Positions 1 through 13,298 of a DNA stretch of 64,000 nucleotides are shown piece by piece. The translations under genes and the position numbers were made by a program. Within the stretch, counting starts at the first letter, position 1, and each line of letters begins with the position of its first letter. The notes under the pieces are model-generated. The model was not told the origin of the DNA. It searched no databases and saw nothing but the letters and a program-made list of their open reading frames with translations. The DNA comes from Octopus vulgaris (lineage: Eukaryota), in contig OX597821.1 in the NCBI GenBank assembly GCA_951406725.2, positions 72,788,001 to 72,852,000 of the forward strand. Reading direction: 5' to 3'.

Positions 1-21
1 CTCAGGAAAATGGAAGAAGGA

Positions 22-58
22 GGGTATGACGTTTCGAGCGGAGCTCTTCGTCGGAAAC
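22..58 (-). ncRNA. degenerate type I hammerhead-like motif (Penelope-type)
   Basis: Minus strand: gttt CCGACGA a gagc-tcc-gctc GAAAC GTC atac. U4C core change and a weak stem I. Same family as 22621-22653. Confidence 0.45.
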
Positions 59-109
59 ATAAGAGAAGGAAGAAAGAAGAAAGAAAGATCCCGATGTGGG
101 CGAAACACA

Positions 110-690
<581 letters not shown>

Positions 691-979
691 CTTGTTGGCT
701 ACGTTTGCCTACGTATGCGCGTTTGCGAGCGCATATTTGTGTGTGCGTGTGTTTGGATAAATACTGATTCTGATAAAAAAAACCACCGTTTTTTTGTTTA
801 TTTTGTATGGTTTCATGTCCAGTAAACTGGCGATTAAACAAAGATCGACTGTGTAAACAGCAGACTTAAATATTTACAGGGATCAATATGATCGATCACC
901 TAAACCCCTTGAAAGGGATGTCCCTCCATGGCCCCAGTCCAATTAATGGAACAATGTACGAAGGAAGAATATACGCATC

Positions 980-980
980 C

Positions 981-1014
<34 letters not shown>

Positions 1015-1214
1015 ATGTATGTATGTATGTATGTATGTATGCATATATGTATGTATATATGTATGCATGCATACATGTATATATGTATATATGTATGCAT
1101 GCATACATGTATATATGTATGTATATATGTATGTGTGTATGTATGTATATATGCATGCATATATGTATACATGTATGTATGTATGTATGTATGTGTGTAT
1201 GTATATATGCATGC

Positions 1215-1245
<31 letters not shown>

Positions 1246-1470
1246 CATGCATATATGTATGTATGTATGTATGGATATGTGTGTATATGTGTATGTATAT
1301 ATGTATGTGTATATACCTCTGCATTTATATATATGTGTGTGTGTGTATATACGTATGTTTATATACTGTACTATAAATATATCGTCTGTGTGTGTACAGG
1401 TATGTGTGTGTACACGTGTCTGTAATGTACTTACACACACACACACGCATGCACGCACACACACGTACAT
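980..1470. repeat. (TCTG)n/(TATG)n microsatellite field
   Basis: Direct inspection. Confidence 0.95.
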
Positions 1471-2039
1471 ATTATTCATCCACAGATATACCAGTTACTT
1501 CCATTAAAAAAAAATTTTTAAGGTAAAGAACAACGATTTCTGTATGAATAAGCTGTAATGTTGAAAAATGTGGTTCCTGAATAAAGCAGAACTGAAGATA
1601 AAGGAATGGCAACAACATCAAAGATCTCAACCAGCCCGTAACATATGTGTACATGCATGTATGCTCACGTTGAATGGAATTAAATGATTCAAAGAAATCT
1701 GGTTTGTGAGTCAATCCGTAACCTCACTCCATTCCACGTTTTCCGCCATTCTTCTCACTCACCCGAGTAATTCATTCTCCTCTCTATTAGGTGTTATGTC
1801 AGCCGATGAGTCATGCCATCGACAGAATGTGATTTTTTTTTTTTTCTCTTTCTATGACAGCTATGCAACAGGTTTATTGATTTATAGCAAACGGACAAAC
1901 CCTACCTGATGCATTGCTCAACATTGGGACGAAACATTTACTGGGGCAATGGAAATCTGAGAGAGAAAAAAACTAGAAAATGGAACAGCGAGGGCTGCTT
2001 TGAATCGCACCGTTCACCAGAAAGTCCTTAATAAAATAA

Positions 2040-2220
2040 TCTTCATTTCCTTACGGCTACGAAACTCACTTTGCAATCATCTGGTTCTGGGTTCGGTCCC
2101 GCAACGTTGCACATTGGGCAAGTGTCTTGTACCACGACTCCGGGTCGACCAATGCCATGTGAATGAATATGGTAAACGGAAAACTATGTGAAATTCTGTC
2201 GTATATATATATGTATATAC

Positions 2221-2278
<58 letters not shown>

Positions 2279-2960
2279 TCTACTCTCTCCAGCGCCGCCG
2301 CGAGTGGTACATCATTTGCACGATGTGGAGAATATACCGCCAACTTTGCCCAAACGACCTGAACATTAGTTTCAAGGTTCATCCAAGGCTGGGATCACGG
2401 GCCATACGTCCCCTGCCCAATTCAGGATCACAGCATATGGGTACACTGCAACATAATTTCTTTTCCTCAACAGGCCCTGCCCTGTTTAACATTGTCCCGA
2501 AATAGATCAAAGAGGAAAAGGATCCCATCAACTTTAAACGGAGTCTGGATAGATTTCTTGAAGGAATACCGGATAAGCCACCCATACCTGGATACAACTC
2601 ACTCAACAAGAACTCACTACTTGAATGGACCATAAACAAAACTTGACTTAAACAGGATTTAAATAATCCTATCAGGTGGTGCTATTAAGTTAGACATGAC
2701 CTGGACCAATTTTTGGTCGAAACATATCTAAGTTTATATATATATATGTACAGGCGTGTGTCTTTGTGTTTGCATCCCCGCCTGCTTGGCTACCAGTGTC
2801 TGTTTGTTTACGTCCCCGTAAATTATCAGTTCATCAAAAGAGACTGATAGAGTGAATACCAGACTTAAAAAGAAATATGTACTGGTGTTGATTTATTCGA
2901 CTAAAACCCCCGAAGGCACTGCCCCAGCATGGCCGCGTCCAGTGACCGAAATAAGCAAAA
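2040..2960 (+). mobile_element. diverged SINE family B copy split by a CR1 insertion in its central microsatellite
   Basis: 5' half (ttgggcaagtgtctt...ggtaaacggaaaac) at ~2040-2200. 3' half (tgtttacgtccccgtaa...ccagcatggccgc) at ~2750-2960. Confidence 0.65.
2276..2732 (+). mobile_element. 5'-truncated CR1-type LINE, ORF2 C-terminus plus 3' UTR
   Basis: Translation YSLQRRREWYIICTMWRI...GPALFNIVPK*IK...FKRSLDRFLEGIPDKP matches the CR1-group RT C-terminal pattern, with an in-frame stop. Confidence 0.8.
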
Positions 2961-3212
2961 TGATCCTTTGTTACTCAATTATAGGAGAATGTACGTAAGG
3001 TTTCAGTGAAACATTTTTGTGACACAGTGTAGGGCACTGCCCAAGGATTTATGACAGACGAACTGTGAACAGGAACTTCGCTGCGGGCTAGCTAAGGAGC
3101 TGATCTGTGGCGAAGTTGGCCTCCAGTTAAGCGGGGCTTCTACGAAGTAGGAGTTGATTGGCGGCTGTCGCCCTCATGTGTTCAACTAAATAAATCGTTC
3201 ACTAACATAACA

Positions 3213-3433
3213 GGCGGTGAGCTGGCAGAAACGTTAGCGCGACGGTCGAAATGCTTAGCGATATTTCGTCTGCCGTTACGTTCAGAGTTCGAATTACGCC
3301 GAGGTCGACTTTACCTTTCATCCTTTCGGGGTCGATAAATTAAGCACCGGTCACGCACTGGGATCGACTTAATCCCTTTGTCTGTCCTTGTTTGTACCCT
3401 CTATGTTTAGCCCCTTGTGGGCAATAAAGAAAT
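3213..3433 (+). mobile_element. tRNA-derived SINE family A
   Basis: A box (agctggcagaa), B box (gagttcgaatt), central gaggtcgacttt...cctttcatcctttcggggtcgataaa block. TSD aaatc(g/t)ttcactaaca on both sides. Confidence 0.9.
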
Positions 3434-4238
3434 ATAAATCTTTCACTAACACATTTTGGGTCTCCGTTAATTTTTTTTTTTTTTGTGTATAGCTTAACTG
3501 AAGCTATAACAGGTTCGATTCCAGTTCCAAGTGATAGCTAGTTCACTTATTCTGGTAAAACCTTTGAGAAAATCATAGAAGGAAAGCTACCATTCCTCCC
3601 AAACTCTGGGGTCAATACAGTTGATGATTTAATAAGAGGACTGGCGGTGGTGGAATTTTGGGGGGGATTAGCAGGTGAAACTTTTTGCAAGAAGAACACT
3701 TAAGTTGGAGATTAGCATGCTTAATGAAGTGAGCCAATTCTTTTAATTAATGAAGATTACACCCGTAATCAAGAGGGGAAAATCATTAGCATTAATGATT
3801 AATTTTAGTTAAGAGAAACAAGGGAACTTATTCGATATTAATTAAAAGTTGAATGGCGGTATATTTGCAGCGGGAAGGAATGTCTCTTGTAAGACTGGTA
3901 AGAACATTAGATGGGTTTCTGTCTTATTACACCTTGTCTGTGAAGTGTTGTCTTTGCAGTATTCATCGGATCTTAGGTAACTGAGAGATAAACAATTTTT
4001 GAGAAGATAAACGTTGACAGAGCTGGCAACTAAAACTAATCACTGCGGGAAGGGATTACTTAGGGACACCTTCTGGTTGAAAAACATATAGTTAAGTGAG
4101 CAATAACTGTTTTGTTTTTTTAATAACTAAAAATACACCCGTAGAAAAGGAGCGAAAATCTTTAACTTCAGTAATTAATTCTGGTCAAGGAAAGTGATTT
4201 TATTGCTAAAGAGTACTGAATTAGCGGGAACCCGAAAC

Positions 4239-4448
4239 TTTTCTTTTATTCTTTTACTTGTTTCAGTTATTTGACTGCGGCCATGCTGGAGCACCGCCTT
4301 TAGTCGAACAAATTGACCCCAGGGCTCATTCTTTGTAAGCCTAGTACTTATTCTATCAGTCTCTTTTGCCGAATCGCTAAGTTACGGGGACATAAATACA
4401 TACATAAACACACACACACACACACACACACATACATCATACATACAT

Positions 4449-4491
<43 letters not shown>

Positions 4492-4498
4492 AATACAC

Positions 4499-4558
<60 letters not shown>

Positions 4559-4720
4559 GACAGGCTTCTTTCAGTTTTCGTCTACCAAATTCACTTACAA
4601 GCCTTTGGTCGGTCCCGAAGCTATAGTAGAAGACATTTGCCCAAGGTGCCACGCAGAGGGACTGACCCGGTACCATGCGGTTGGTAAGCAAGCTACTTAC
4701 CACGCAGCCACGCCTGCGTC
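4239..4720 (-). mobile_element. tRNA-derived SINE family B with internal microsatellite
   Basis: Collinear with the copy at 47076-47463. (CA)/(CATA)/(TA) array in the middle. Confidence 0.85.
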
Positions 4721-4789
4721 TCTGAATACTATAGAAGAAATGGTACACAATAGGTTCTGAAACAATAAAGTAAATCCCTTGTACATTGG

Positions 4790-5030
4790 TGTCTCGCGTC
4801 TTGGCACTCGTAGAGCTGGTTACCCGGTTTCCATTGCGTTTAACTGACTGAGATCACCCCCTGCCCCTGTCTTGAATGGGATGCCAGTCCATCACTGCTG
4901 AATTACAGTTACAGCTGAGTAGACTGGGGCAACGAGAAACGAAGTGTTTTACTCAAGACATAATCCGGGAATCGAAACCACGACCACTATCTTGCGAGCA
5001 ACACCCAAACCACCAGGACACACGCCTTCA
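4790..5030 (-). mobile_element. diverged tRNA-derived SINE (family C-related)
   Basis: Minus-strand head gtgaaggcgtgtgtcctggtggtttgg...gtggtttcgattccc resembles the heads at 32146 and 43965. Confidence 0.55.
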
Positions 5031-5644
5031 CGAAACAATATGTTCACTCGAACAGTCTAACTAGGCAAACTTCAACGTGTTTTATGAAATGAATATTGGT
5101 TATGAAAGAAGATAATGTTTGTTTGTGAATTTCACAGGCTTTGGTTGGATTCTCAGCAAGGTTTGATATGTGGGTTCGGTTTGTAGTTAAACCGTTCAGT
5201 TTCACTTCTCCCACCATCAATAACAACCAGCCCTCTTGATGGTTGAATGAATATTGTAAACCGGTAGGGCTCTCGACCACCGATTAGATTAGTCGGGGTA
5301 CCTAACGGTCTTCTTCATCAGAACACTCGTCTGCCACAGGTCTCGGATAATTATTAGCTTAATCATTTCTTCATGTTGTCCGTCTGTTCCCCTTCCCCCT
5401 TGTCTACCTCTCTTTCTCTCTCCTTTCATGGTTCCTTGAGTCGTTGCGAGGTCAATGGATTACATGACCCCTATGCTACCTCGGATTATATTCTATTTTT
5501 GGTTGTTGTGAGACTGTAAAAAGATACGTATTCATAGGAGAGACAATGTCGCACTGGATGGTTTCGCGATCCAGCTCACTTGTGATACGGCCCAAGTACC
5601 TGATAACCTAAAATGTTGTGACGTCCCATTTCCTGTACCTATAT

Positions 5645-5745
5645 CTTATTTCTTTATTGTCCACAAGGGGCTAAACACAGAGAAGGACAAACAAGGACAG
5701 ACAAAGGCATTAAGTCGATTGTATCGACTCCAGTGCGTAACTGGT
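5645..5745 (-). mobile_element. SINE family A 3' fragment
   Basis: tttctttattgtccacaaggggctaaac...gacaaacaaggacagac tail. Confidence 0.8.
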
Positions 5746-7119
5746 TATGAATTACAGATTTAACAGATGGATGGGTTGTACACTGCAGACATGACCATCT
5801 GTCGTAAAAACAGCGGACAGGCAAAGACCATTTACTGCATTTTCTGCTGTGAAGCAAAGATAATATGTTAACAGACGAATGGAACGACAGGAAAAAAAAA
5901 TGTCTTTTACATTATGCAAATAATATCCATCTGGAATCGATGTTTTGCGATAAAGATGTTGATTTCATCATCACAGTAAATGTATTAATTGTGAGTCAGT
6001 CTTAAACATTTTCTCACTCAACCGATTGAGTCACTACCGGAAACTAGTTCTCTCTCTCTCTCTTTCTCCTTCACTCATCCGGATGCATTAAGCGCTAATC
6101 GTTAATGAATCTTTAATGAATATGGCCTGATGTTTATCTCCGGTTTTTCCTAACCAGTAGGACGCTGGTTTACAGCAGGTCAGGAGAATTTCCCACGGGA
6201 GATATTAAACTCAGCACTGTAAACAGAACGACGGCAAACCAACAGTGCTACGGCATCCTGGGGTGGTAACTTGCCACCACAATCCGCTGTCAGATAGATT
6301 GGGCCATTCTGGGGTTAACTCATTTGAAACACAACGTTAACGATGAGACATGATTCCTTGGCCTCGAAGTCTTCGAGTGAAGTCGGACCTTAGGCAAGTG
6401 TTTATTTAGTTTTGTAGGTATGCGCGTGGAATGAAAGCGGGGTGTGGTATGAGTCTTACAGAGGTAAGGAAACTGCAAAATTTGAACGCCTGGGTGTAGT
6501 TATTACTAAGGTGTTTCTGCTGATAAGCTGAACGTTAGAACAGAGATATTCTTAGGCATTATTACTAGAGGAATAACTTTCACATTTCAGTAAGTTATAT
6601 TATATTTGTTTATAAATAAATAAAATACAGAAAATGAGGCGAAGACAGAAATAACTCAATAATGAATAAATGTTAAATTCTACCTGCCTGAGATTCGAAA
6701 CTAAATCCACCTGCTTGTTGCTTGTCAAGCATGCGGGAAATCCTTTGTTTGCTTTTCCACACTAAATGATTAATGGGAAACACTTGACTTAGGGGGATAG
6801 TTTTGGTAATAAAGAATACATACAATGGTTCTATTTGACCACGCCGGGCAAATTCTAAGCATTGTAGGGCAGAATTCGTGACAGACGGAAACTTCACTGC
6901 GGGCAAGCTAGGAAGATGACCAGCAGCAAAAAAGGGACCCACAGGAGGGGAAGCAAAAACAAAAGAATGTCAACAGTGTGAAACGAATCCGAATGAACTA
7001 AACAGAAATAACTGGCGGCTTAAGCCCTGATGTACGTAAAGTAATAAACCTTTGATAAAATGTAATCTCGTCTCCACGAGTTTGTTTGCGTATAGCTTAA
7101 CAAAGCTATAGACATTTTG

Positions 7120-7235
7120 TACGTCCTTACGTTCTGAGTTCGTATTCCGCCGAGGTCGACTTCGCCCTTTCATCTTTTCAGGGTCGATAAAATAAGTACC
7201 AGTTAGACACTCGTGTCGATGTGGTCGACTTAGCC
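7120..7235 (+). mobile_element. SINE family A internal fragment
   Basis: ttacgttctgagttcgtattccgccgaggtcgactt...gtcgataaaataagtaccagt. Confidence 0.8.
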
Positions 7236-7274
7236 GCTCCCTTGAAACCAATTAACTAATTAATTACTTGATTA

Positions 7275-7877
7275 TTCTGTCAATTTTCATATTAACACCC
7301 GCACGATTTTCACTAAGACAAAAAACAAAACAAAAATACTCGGATTTTTTGCGTGGAATCAAGTACCCTGGCTTCCTAATATGCTGCAAATCCCTTACTT
7401 TGGTTCCCATGTAATTCAGACTCTGGAAATTTATTTCTGTAAAATGTTTTATTTTTTTTCTTAAACACACAAGATATAGTCTATAAATTTAGGATGTTTT
7501 TGAAAGATACTATATTTTATCATCAGAATATATATACTTTCTCACACAATTAAGATATACTTATTTTAAATCGTTTATATTTATTTTCATGTTTCTTCCC
7601 TCGCCCACACACACAAAAATTAGTTTAGGCGCGATTTTTCTTTCGGGCCCCTAAAAGGGTTTTGTAGTATATTAGGTCAAGGAATTCATTCAACGAAAAA
7701 AAAGAGAAAAAATTTCCAATGATTCCGGAATGGGGAGTACCCCACCCCCTTCTTCCGAACCAAAATAAGGGATTTGCAGCATATTAGGAGGTCAAGGTAC
7801 TTGATTCCACGCAAAAAATCCGATTTTTTTTTCTTAATGAAAATCATGCGGGTGTTAATATAAAAATTTGCCGAATT
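7275..7877. mobile_element. MITE-like element with ~125-bp inverted arms
   Basis: 7280-7406 (tattaacacccgcacgatttt...gcaaatcccttactttggttc) is the reverse complement of 7757-7870. Confidence 0.75.
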
Positions 7878-9081
7878 TTGTTGTTTTGAAGAAAGAAATT
7901 TTTATTTTTGTCGTACCTTTTCGTTATTTATCCAACCCGCATCCTCTGAGTCTGGTTGGCTTTGATAAAGTTTTGTTCCTTTGGGGGCGAATTTTAAGTC
8001 TTTTTATTATCGAAGTTAAATATTAAATAGAAAACAATAAGGCTTCAAAAATCCTGAGGGCTGTTGGCTTTTCCAAAGGCCAATACATTATCAGTTTCCC
8101 AATTACTCGCTATTAACAGAGAATGTATGAATAACAACAGCAAGGGAAACGGCACAAATGAAAAGACAAGTAAAAAAAAAAATGCAAAAGAAACTTTACC
8201 ATAAGTTTGATTTCAGAACTGATAAGATTATAAATAGATACTGTCGCTGGAACAATTATGATAATCCACCGGCCTTCTATCGGAAATATTTAAAACACTT
8301 TTCAAGCAAAATACATTATTGTTGCTGCTGCTATTGTTGTTGTTAAGTAACAAGACGGGTAAGGGTGATTAGGTGATGATCTAGGGTTTAGGGGCGAGAG
8401 ACCCCAGACCTTGGGAAAAAAAAACTTTGGTCGTCTTTGTTGTAGTCGAGGGCTCTTCGTTGACGCCCGATACCACTGGGAGGTGGCCCTCGAAGTCGCT
8501 GGAAATGGAGATCTCCAGGTCCAAATTCTTGAACGGCTGCTGTTGTGTGGTGGTGGTGGTGGTGGTGGTGGTGGTGGTTTAGTCTCAGGGTACCATTGAC
8601 CACAACGATCTTGTCTTTTTTTAAGGTACCTTGAGCCTCGGTCCATCTTTTTAAAGACAGTAGGCATGATCTAAGATACATTTGGTTGCAATTTCTAGCA
8701 AGCTGAGCACCCACTTAGAGACTTCCTCCCTGATTCGAATCACACTCATTTACACGTGTTGTTGATGACACCAATGTTGACTTAGCGGTACAACTGCACT
8801 GATACAAATAATATTATTGAAATGGTGTTGTTGCCAAATTCATGCTGTTGGTGCCATTTCTGTAAATGTTACTTTTGCCCACGATCGGAACTTCTGACAG
8901 CATCATTCAGAATTCCTTGATGCTGTCTGTGTTCCTGACTATCATAACACACACGCACACACACACACACGTGCGCGTATGTGTGTTTGTATGTGTATGT
9001 ATATTTATATAAATGTATTCGCGTGTAAATGCATATGTCATATGTACGCATGTGTATTATGTGTTTGTGTGTATTTATGTG

Positions 9082-9119
<38 letters not shown>

Positions 9120-9282
9120 CGAAAACAACCATAAAACTCAAGATACACAACGAACTCACAATGTATCGGAGAACTTATTTTTTAATTTTTGTACATTTTT
9201 ATCATTATTCTTTTACAAAAAACAATGCAATTTTCTTTTTTTCCCCTTTCTAATTTTTTAAAAAACTTTTTAAAACATAAAT

Positions 9283-9321
9283 ATTCTTGACAAGTCATAC
9301 AATGACGAAAACCGGTTGAAT
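9283..9321 (+). ncRNA. type I hammerhead-like motif, U3-A8 variant
   Basis: attc TTGACAA gtca-tacaa-tgac GAAA accggtt gaat. Stem I attc/gaat, palindromic stem III with one extra A. Lies in a ~290-bp AT-rich insert between (TA)n arrays. Confidence 0.6.
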
Positions 9322-9411
9322 AAATATATATTTATATATTTTATCAATTTCTCATTTTATTAAAATTTTCTTTCATTTGAGCATTCTGCATTTAAAAAAA
9401 ATTTTTCCTTA

Positions 9412-9468
<57 letters not shown>

Positions 9469-9784
9469 TGTATTTGTCGGTGTGTAAGTCGTCTAATGCG
9501 GCCGTATCGCGGGGGACGAGTACCGTCGGCTGTGGAGCCGGTTGATCATAAATTCGGTTGGCACAAGAATCATGGCTAATAATAAGTTACTGAAAGCAAG
9601 GCAAAATATTACAATCTGTTTGCCCAAACTTACAAAATAAAAATCGCTTACTGTACGCCGGTGGTTATTTGGAAAGGTCACATCATCTCCTTATACCGCC
9701 TTCACCTGCATACATAACCCACACCTGATATGCGTCTTATATTATTTAAGACTGGTTTTACCTTTAAGAAATATTTTAAAATTA

Positions 9785-10579
9785 GGATCTTTTCCTTTTG
9801 AACGGCAGTTTGTAACATAATTTCTAGGTAACTAAAAAGTTTTAAACTTCGTATACTGGTAGAATGTGTTTATAAAACATAATTTTCTCTTGGCCTTATT
9901 GACAAAATTCTATAGGTTGTAACATATTTCGTCTAAAATTTCTTGCATTTCGGCAATATTAACCAATCAATTACCTCCTTTGACGTAAACAACATTCCGT
10001 GCTGTATGAATGTCCCTCGTTTAAGAAATAGATTGGGTTTATTTACATTTGTGAAGAAAAAATATACCCTTCCCCCACCCCTAACCCTAACTCTCCCTAA
10101 ATCTAAAATAGATTGAAATGCAATAGATCGATACAAGGGTTATAATTATGGGTGACAATTTCATACGACACCGCTATAAAAAACTTGTCGGTGTCGTATG
10201 AAATTGTCACCCATAATTATAACCCTAGTATCGATCTATTGCATTTCAATCTATTTTAGATTTAGGGTTAGGGTTAGAGTTAGGGGTGGGGGAAGGGTAT
10301 ATTTTTTCTTCACAAATGTAAATAAACCCAATCTGTTTCTTAAACGAGGGACATTCATACAGCACGGAATGTTATTTACCTAAATGGACGCCAGTGATTG
10401 ATTAAAATTGCCGAAATGCAAGAAATTAAAGACGAAATATGTTACAACCTATAGAATTTTCTCAATAATGCCAAGAGAAAATGATGTTTTATAAACACAT
10501 TCTACCAGTATACGAAGTTTAAAATTTTTTAGGTACCTAGAAATTATGTTACAAACTGCCGTTCAAAAGGAAAAGATCC
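9785..10579. mobile_element. palindromic Merlin-like MITE containing CCCTAA/TTAGGG motifs
   Basis: ~390-bp arms starting GGATCTTTTCC, centre near 10180, exact 8-bp TSD taaaatta. GG termini plus an 8-bp TSD fit Merlin. Confidence 0.8.
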
Positions 10580-10619
10580 TAAAATTATCTAAATGAAAAT
10601 TCTCCTACAAAGATGAAAG

Positions 10620-10884
10620 GATATTCTTTCGATTTGACTCGAAAAGTCAAAACATTGCAATCGGCCGTTTCTGTGAAAAGAACGTTGTCTTGTCAGCTGT
10701 CAGTTGATGAAATGGGAGGAGGAGGAGAAGAGAGCTAATGGGTTGTACGTGTGTGTGTGTGTGCCTGTTCCTCTGTGTGTGAGTGTGTGTGCTTGTTCCT
10801 CTGTGTGTGAGTGTGTGTGCTTGTTCCTCTGTGTGTGAGTGTGTGTGCTTGTTCCTCTGTGTGTACATGCTTAGGCGCACGCAC

Positions 10885-10915
<31 letters not shown>

Positions 10916-11310
10916 TACATACAAGCAAGAACAAGCACGTACGCACGTACAACCTTTCTTCTCCCATTTCATCGAATGACAGTTGACAAGACAACGTGCT
11001 TTTCATGGAAACAATCAATTTGTTTCTTTATTACCCACAAGGGACTAAACATAGAGGGGCCTAACAAGGACAGACAAACGGATTAAGTCGATTACACCGA
11101 CCCAAGTGCGTTAACTGGTACTTGATTTATCGACCCCGAAAGGATGAAAGGCAAAGTCGACCTCGGCGGAATTTGAACTCAGAACGTAACGGCAGATGAA
11201 ATACAGCTACGCATTTCGCCTGGCGTGCTAACGGTTTTGCCAGCTCCCCGCCTTCATGGAAACAACCAATTGCAATGTTTTACTTTTTCGAGTCAAATCA
11301 AAAGAATACC
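10620..11310. mobile_element. second Merlin-like MITE with a ~27-bp internal tandem repeat
   Basis: TIRs g(a/g)tattcttt(c/t)gatttgactcgaaaag..., exact 8-bp TSD gatgaaag. Right arm interrupted by a SINE. gtgtgtgcttgttcctctgtgtgtgagt repeated about 4 times inside. Confidence 0.75.
11021..11252 (-). mobile_element. SINE family A, full length
   Basis: Full consensus; TSD ttcatggaaacaa(t/c)caatt. Confidence 0.9.
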
Positions 11311-12836
11311 GATGAAAGGAATATTGGCCATCTTTCCTCGTTTTAACTCAGTTAACAAGACAAACTGTGGTCACAGAAACTACCGAATCCGTTGTTTACT
11401 TTTATTTGAGTTAAAAACAAAAGATGGCCGGAATATTTAACCTTTACCCATCCACCAGCTATTTGCAATGAGTGGATGACAACAAAACCATAGCAATGGT
11501 GAGTCACGTGGTGGCCAATTGCAGTAACACTAAATATCGCTGCCAGATGCTTTATATCCCGTTTGGCAAGTCTCTTGATCTCTTGACCAAAATATAAACA
11601 ATTCATACAGTTGATCTGAAATAAAATAAAGCAGAAAAATGGTATTACCCCGTAGCATAGTTTATTATTTATGATAAATCTATGGTTTCATGTTATTTTC
11701 CAGCGAACTGTTATAACATTGTATTTGTGTTGACAGAATCTTATATTGTCCCTGACAAAACCACTTTAAAATGTCTTTCAAAAAATATATAATGGATCAT
11801 ATTAGATTTGTTATTTTTCCCCGCCACAAAATATACTTGTAAAATAGAGGTGCGTCTTATATGCCTACAAATATGCTACACACATGCACATGCGCATAAA
11901 CAGTAAAAGGAACTGCTCTGAGAACTTTGTCATGGGCAAAAGCAGGAAAGTGTTAATATTTTTATGAATCTGTTACCAGTTGTAATCGTTTAAAAACGAT
12001 TTTGTCAAACTGAAATAAATGGAAAAATAAATTCAAATAAATAATTTTTTTTCTGTTTTCTGTTAGAGCTCTGCATTCAGGAAGTAATAAAGTTTTTGTT
12101 CCACCATCTTGCTAGATTATTCATTAACATTTTTCTTATTTAGCAGGATAATTAAAACAATATTAGTAAGTTTTTCCTCTCCACGTAATTATTTCTGATT
12201 AACTTTTCCATTCCCTCTGCATTGCATATTTTAACACTAATTAATTATTTTTAGGCTGATGGCGTGTTTGCGTGAATTATTTTCTAGTATATTTATTTAG
12301 TCATTTTCTCGTCATTACTTCGAGAAAAACAGTTACGGCTGGGCTTCGCTGAGGATGTTTAATAAGAGTGAAACAGGTTCGGGGTTGTTTCTCGTACTTG
12401 CTGGAATAATTAAAACTAACGGAATCCTTGATAATTCCTTGTTTTTATTTCCATCTTGATGTATAAATTTATCGATCTTCATAGTATTGTTTCATGTTGT
12501 TATAATATTTTGATTACATCTTCGATTTCATGGCAAGTAGTAACAAACTCTAAGGAAAACAAAACAGCAAAAAGGCTCCAGAGAAGAATCCCTCTTTCTC
12601 GCATGTGTTTCTGTTCTTAACTCCTTACACTCTTAGGGACCAGGCCGCATCCAGATTATGACACCTATATATCCCTCTGCTGTCATATTCTCTACTATTA
12701 TTTGCATTACAACCCTCCTGGATGGTTAAGGTACCTTTGATTCAAGGTACCTTTGATGTCGTAACCAGTTCACTCTAAGACACCAGTCCCCCTTTGACTA
12801 GATCCAGTTTGAACTCCCCTTCGCTACTTCTGTCCT

Positions 12837-13190
12837 TGCTTTAAAATCTTTGGTTCTCTCTCTCCCCAAAACTGACAGTCTTTTCATTAGATCATAGGCA
12901 GATTTGCCCACAAACCTATTTGCACTCACTTCAGTGATGAAGACTTTGGTTTGGAAGCCAGATTCTTTCAATCTGATGGCTAAACTGTCATATTTTTCAG
13001 TCTTATAGATATGGGCTTCTTACATTCTGCTTTCATATGGTACAATGAGTTCAACCAGCATTACTTGTTTTGATGAAAGTGAGGTGAATAAAATGTCTGG
13101 TTTCATACCACTCTTACTGATGATGTCTGGGTGATTCTCAGAAGGTCAGCTGTGCATTCTCAGTCAGTGGACCAGCAACAAAATTTGCTC
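12837..13190 (-). pseudogene. RLE domain of a Hero/R2-group non-LTR retrotransposon (not in the ORF track)
   Basis: Manual translation KPDILFTSLSSKQVMLVELIVPYESRM*EAHIYKTEKYDSL...EVSANRFVGKS matches the RPD..ELTVPWE..K..KY..EVG.RGF pattern. Confidence 0.8.
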
Positions 13191-13298
13191 GTGGGGAGGA
13201 GGTGCAAACTCAGGTTGAAATTTTTAAATGAAAAATGTGGATTTTTTCAATGTTAACATTAATACAAATGCAGGTATAATAATAATAATCTTTATTAT

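Larger units (their letters stand above)
9468..11876. mobile_element. old pogo/Tigger-like non-autonomous element hosting nested insertions
   Basis: Degenerate TIRs ctgtatttgtcggtgtgtaagtcg and cgtcttatatgcctacaaatatgc, similar to those of the pogo at 23669. Confidence 0.45.

Noticed and set aside
2700-2732. gacc-aattttt-ggtc GAAAC hairpin
   Set aside because: No CUGANGA-type core upstream; better explained as the LINE 3' stem-loop.
3213-3300. tRNA-like A/B boxes in SINE heads as tRNA genes
   Set aside because: No cloverleaf, and they continue into SINE bodies with TSDs.
5255-5326. Minus-strand CTGATGA...gacc/ggtc GAGA hammerhead-like motif
   Set aside because: GAAA is altered and there is no convincing stem I or III; possibly a decayed copy, so not counted.
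1700-6040. Pairs of TGAGTCA (AP-1-like) sites near 1707/1807 and 5992/6027
   Set aside because: Short motifs expected by chance, with no supporting evidence.
2990-7117. Weak similarity between 3030-3510 and 6860-7115 as an LTR pair
   Set aside because: Patchy similarity, no clear TG..CA/TSD/PBS and no gag-pol remnants between them.
10760-10870. 27-bp repeat array as CRISPR-like
   Set aside because: Head-to-tail minisatellite without unique spacers, in eukaryotic DNA.
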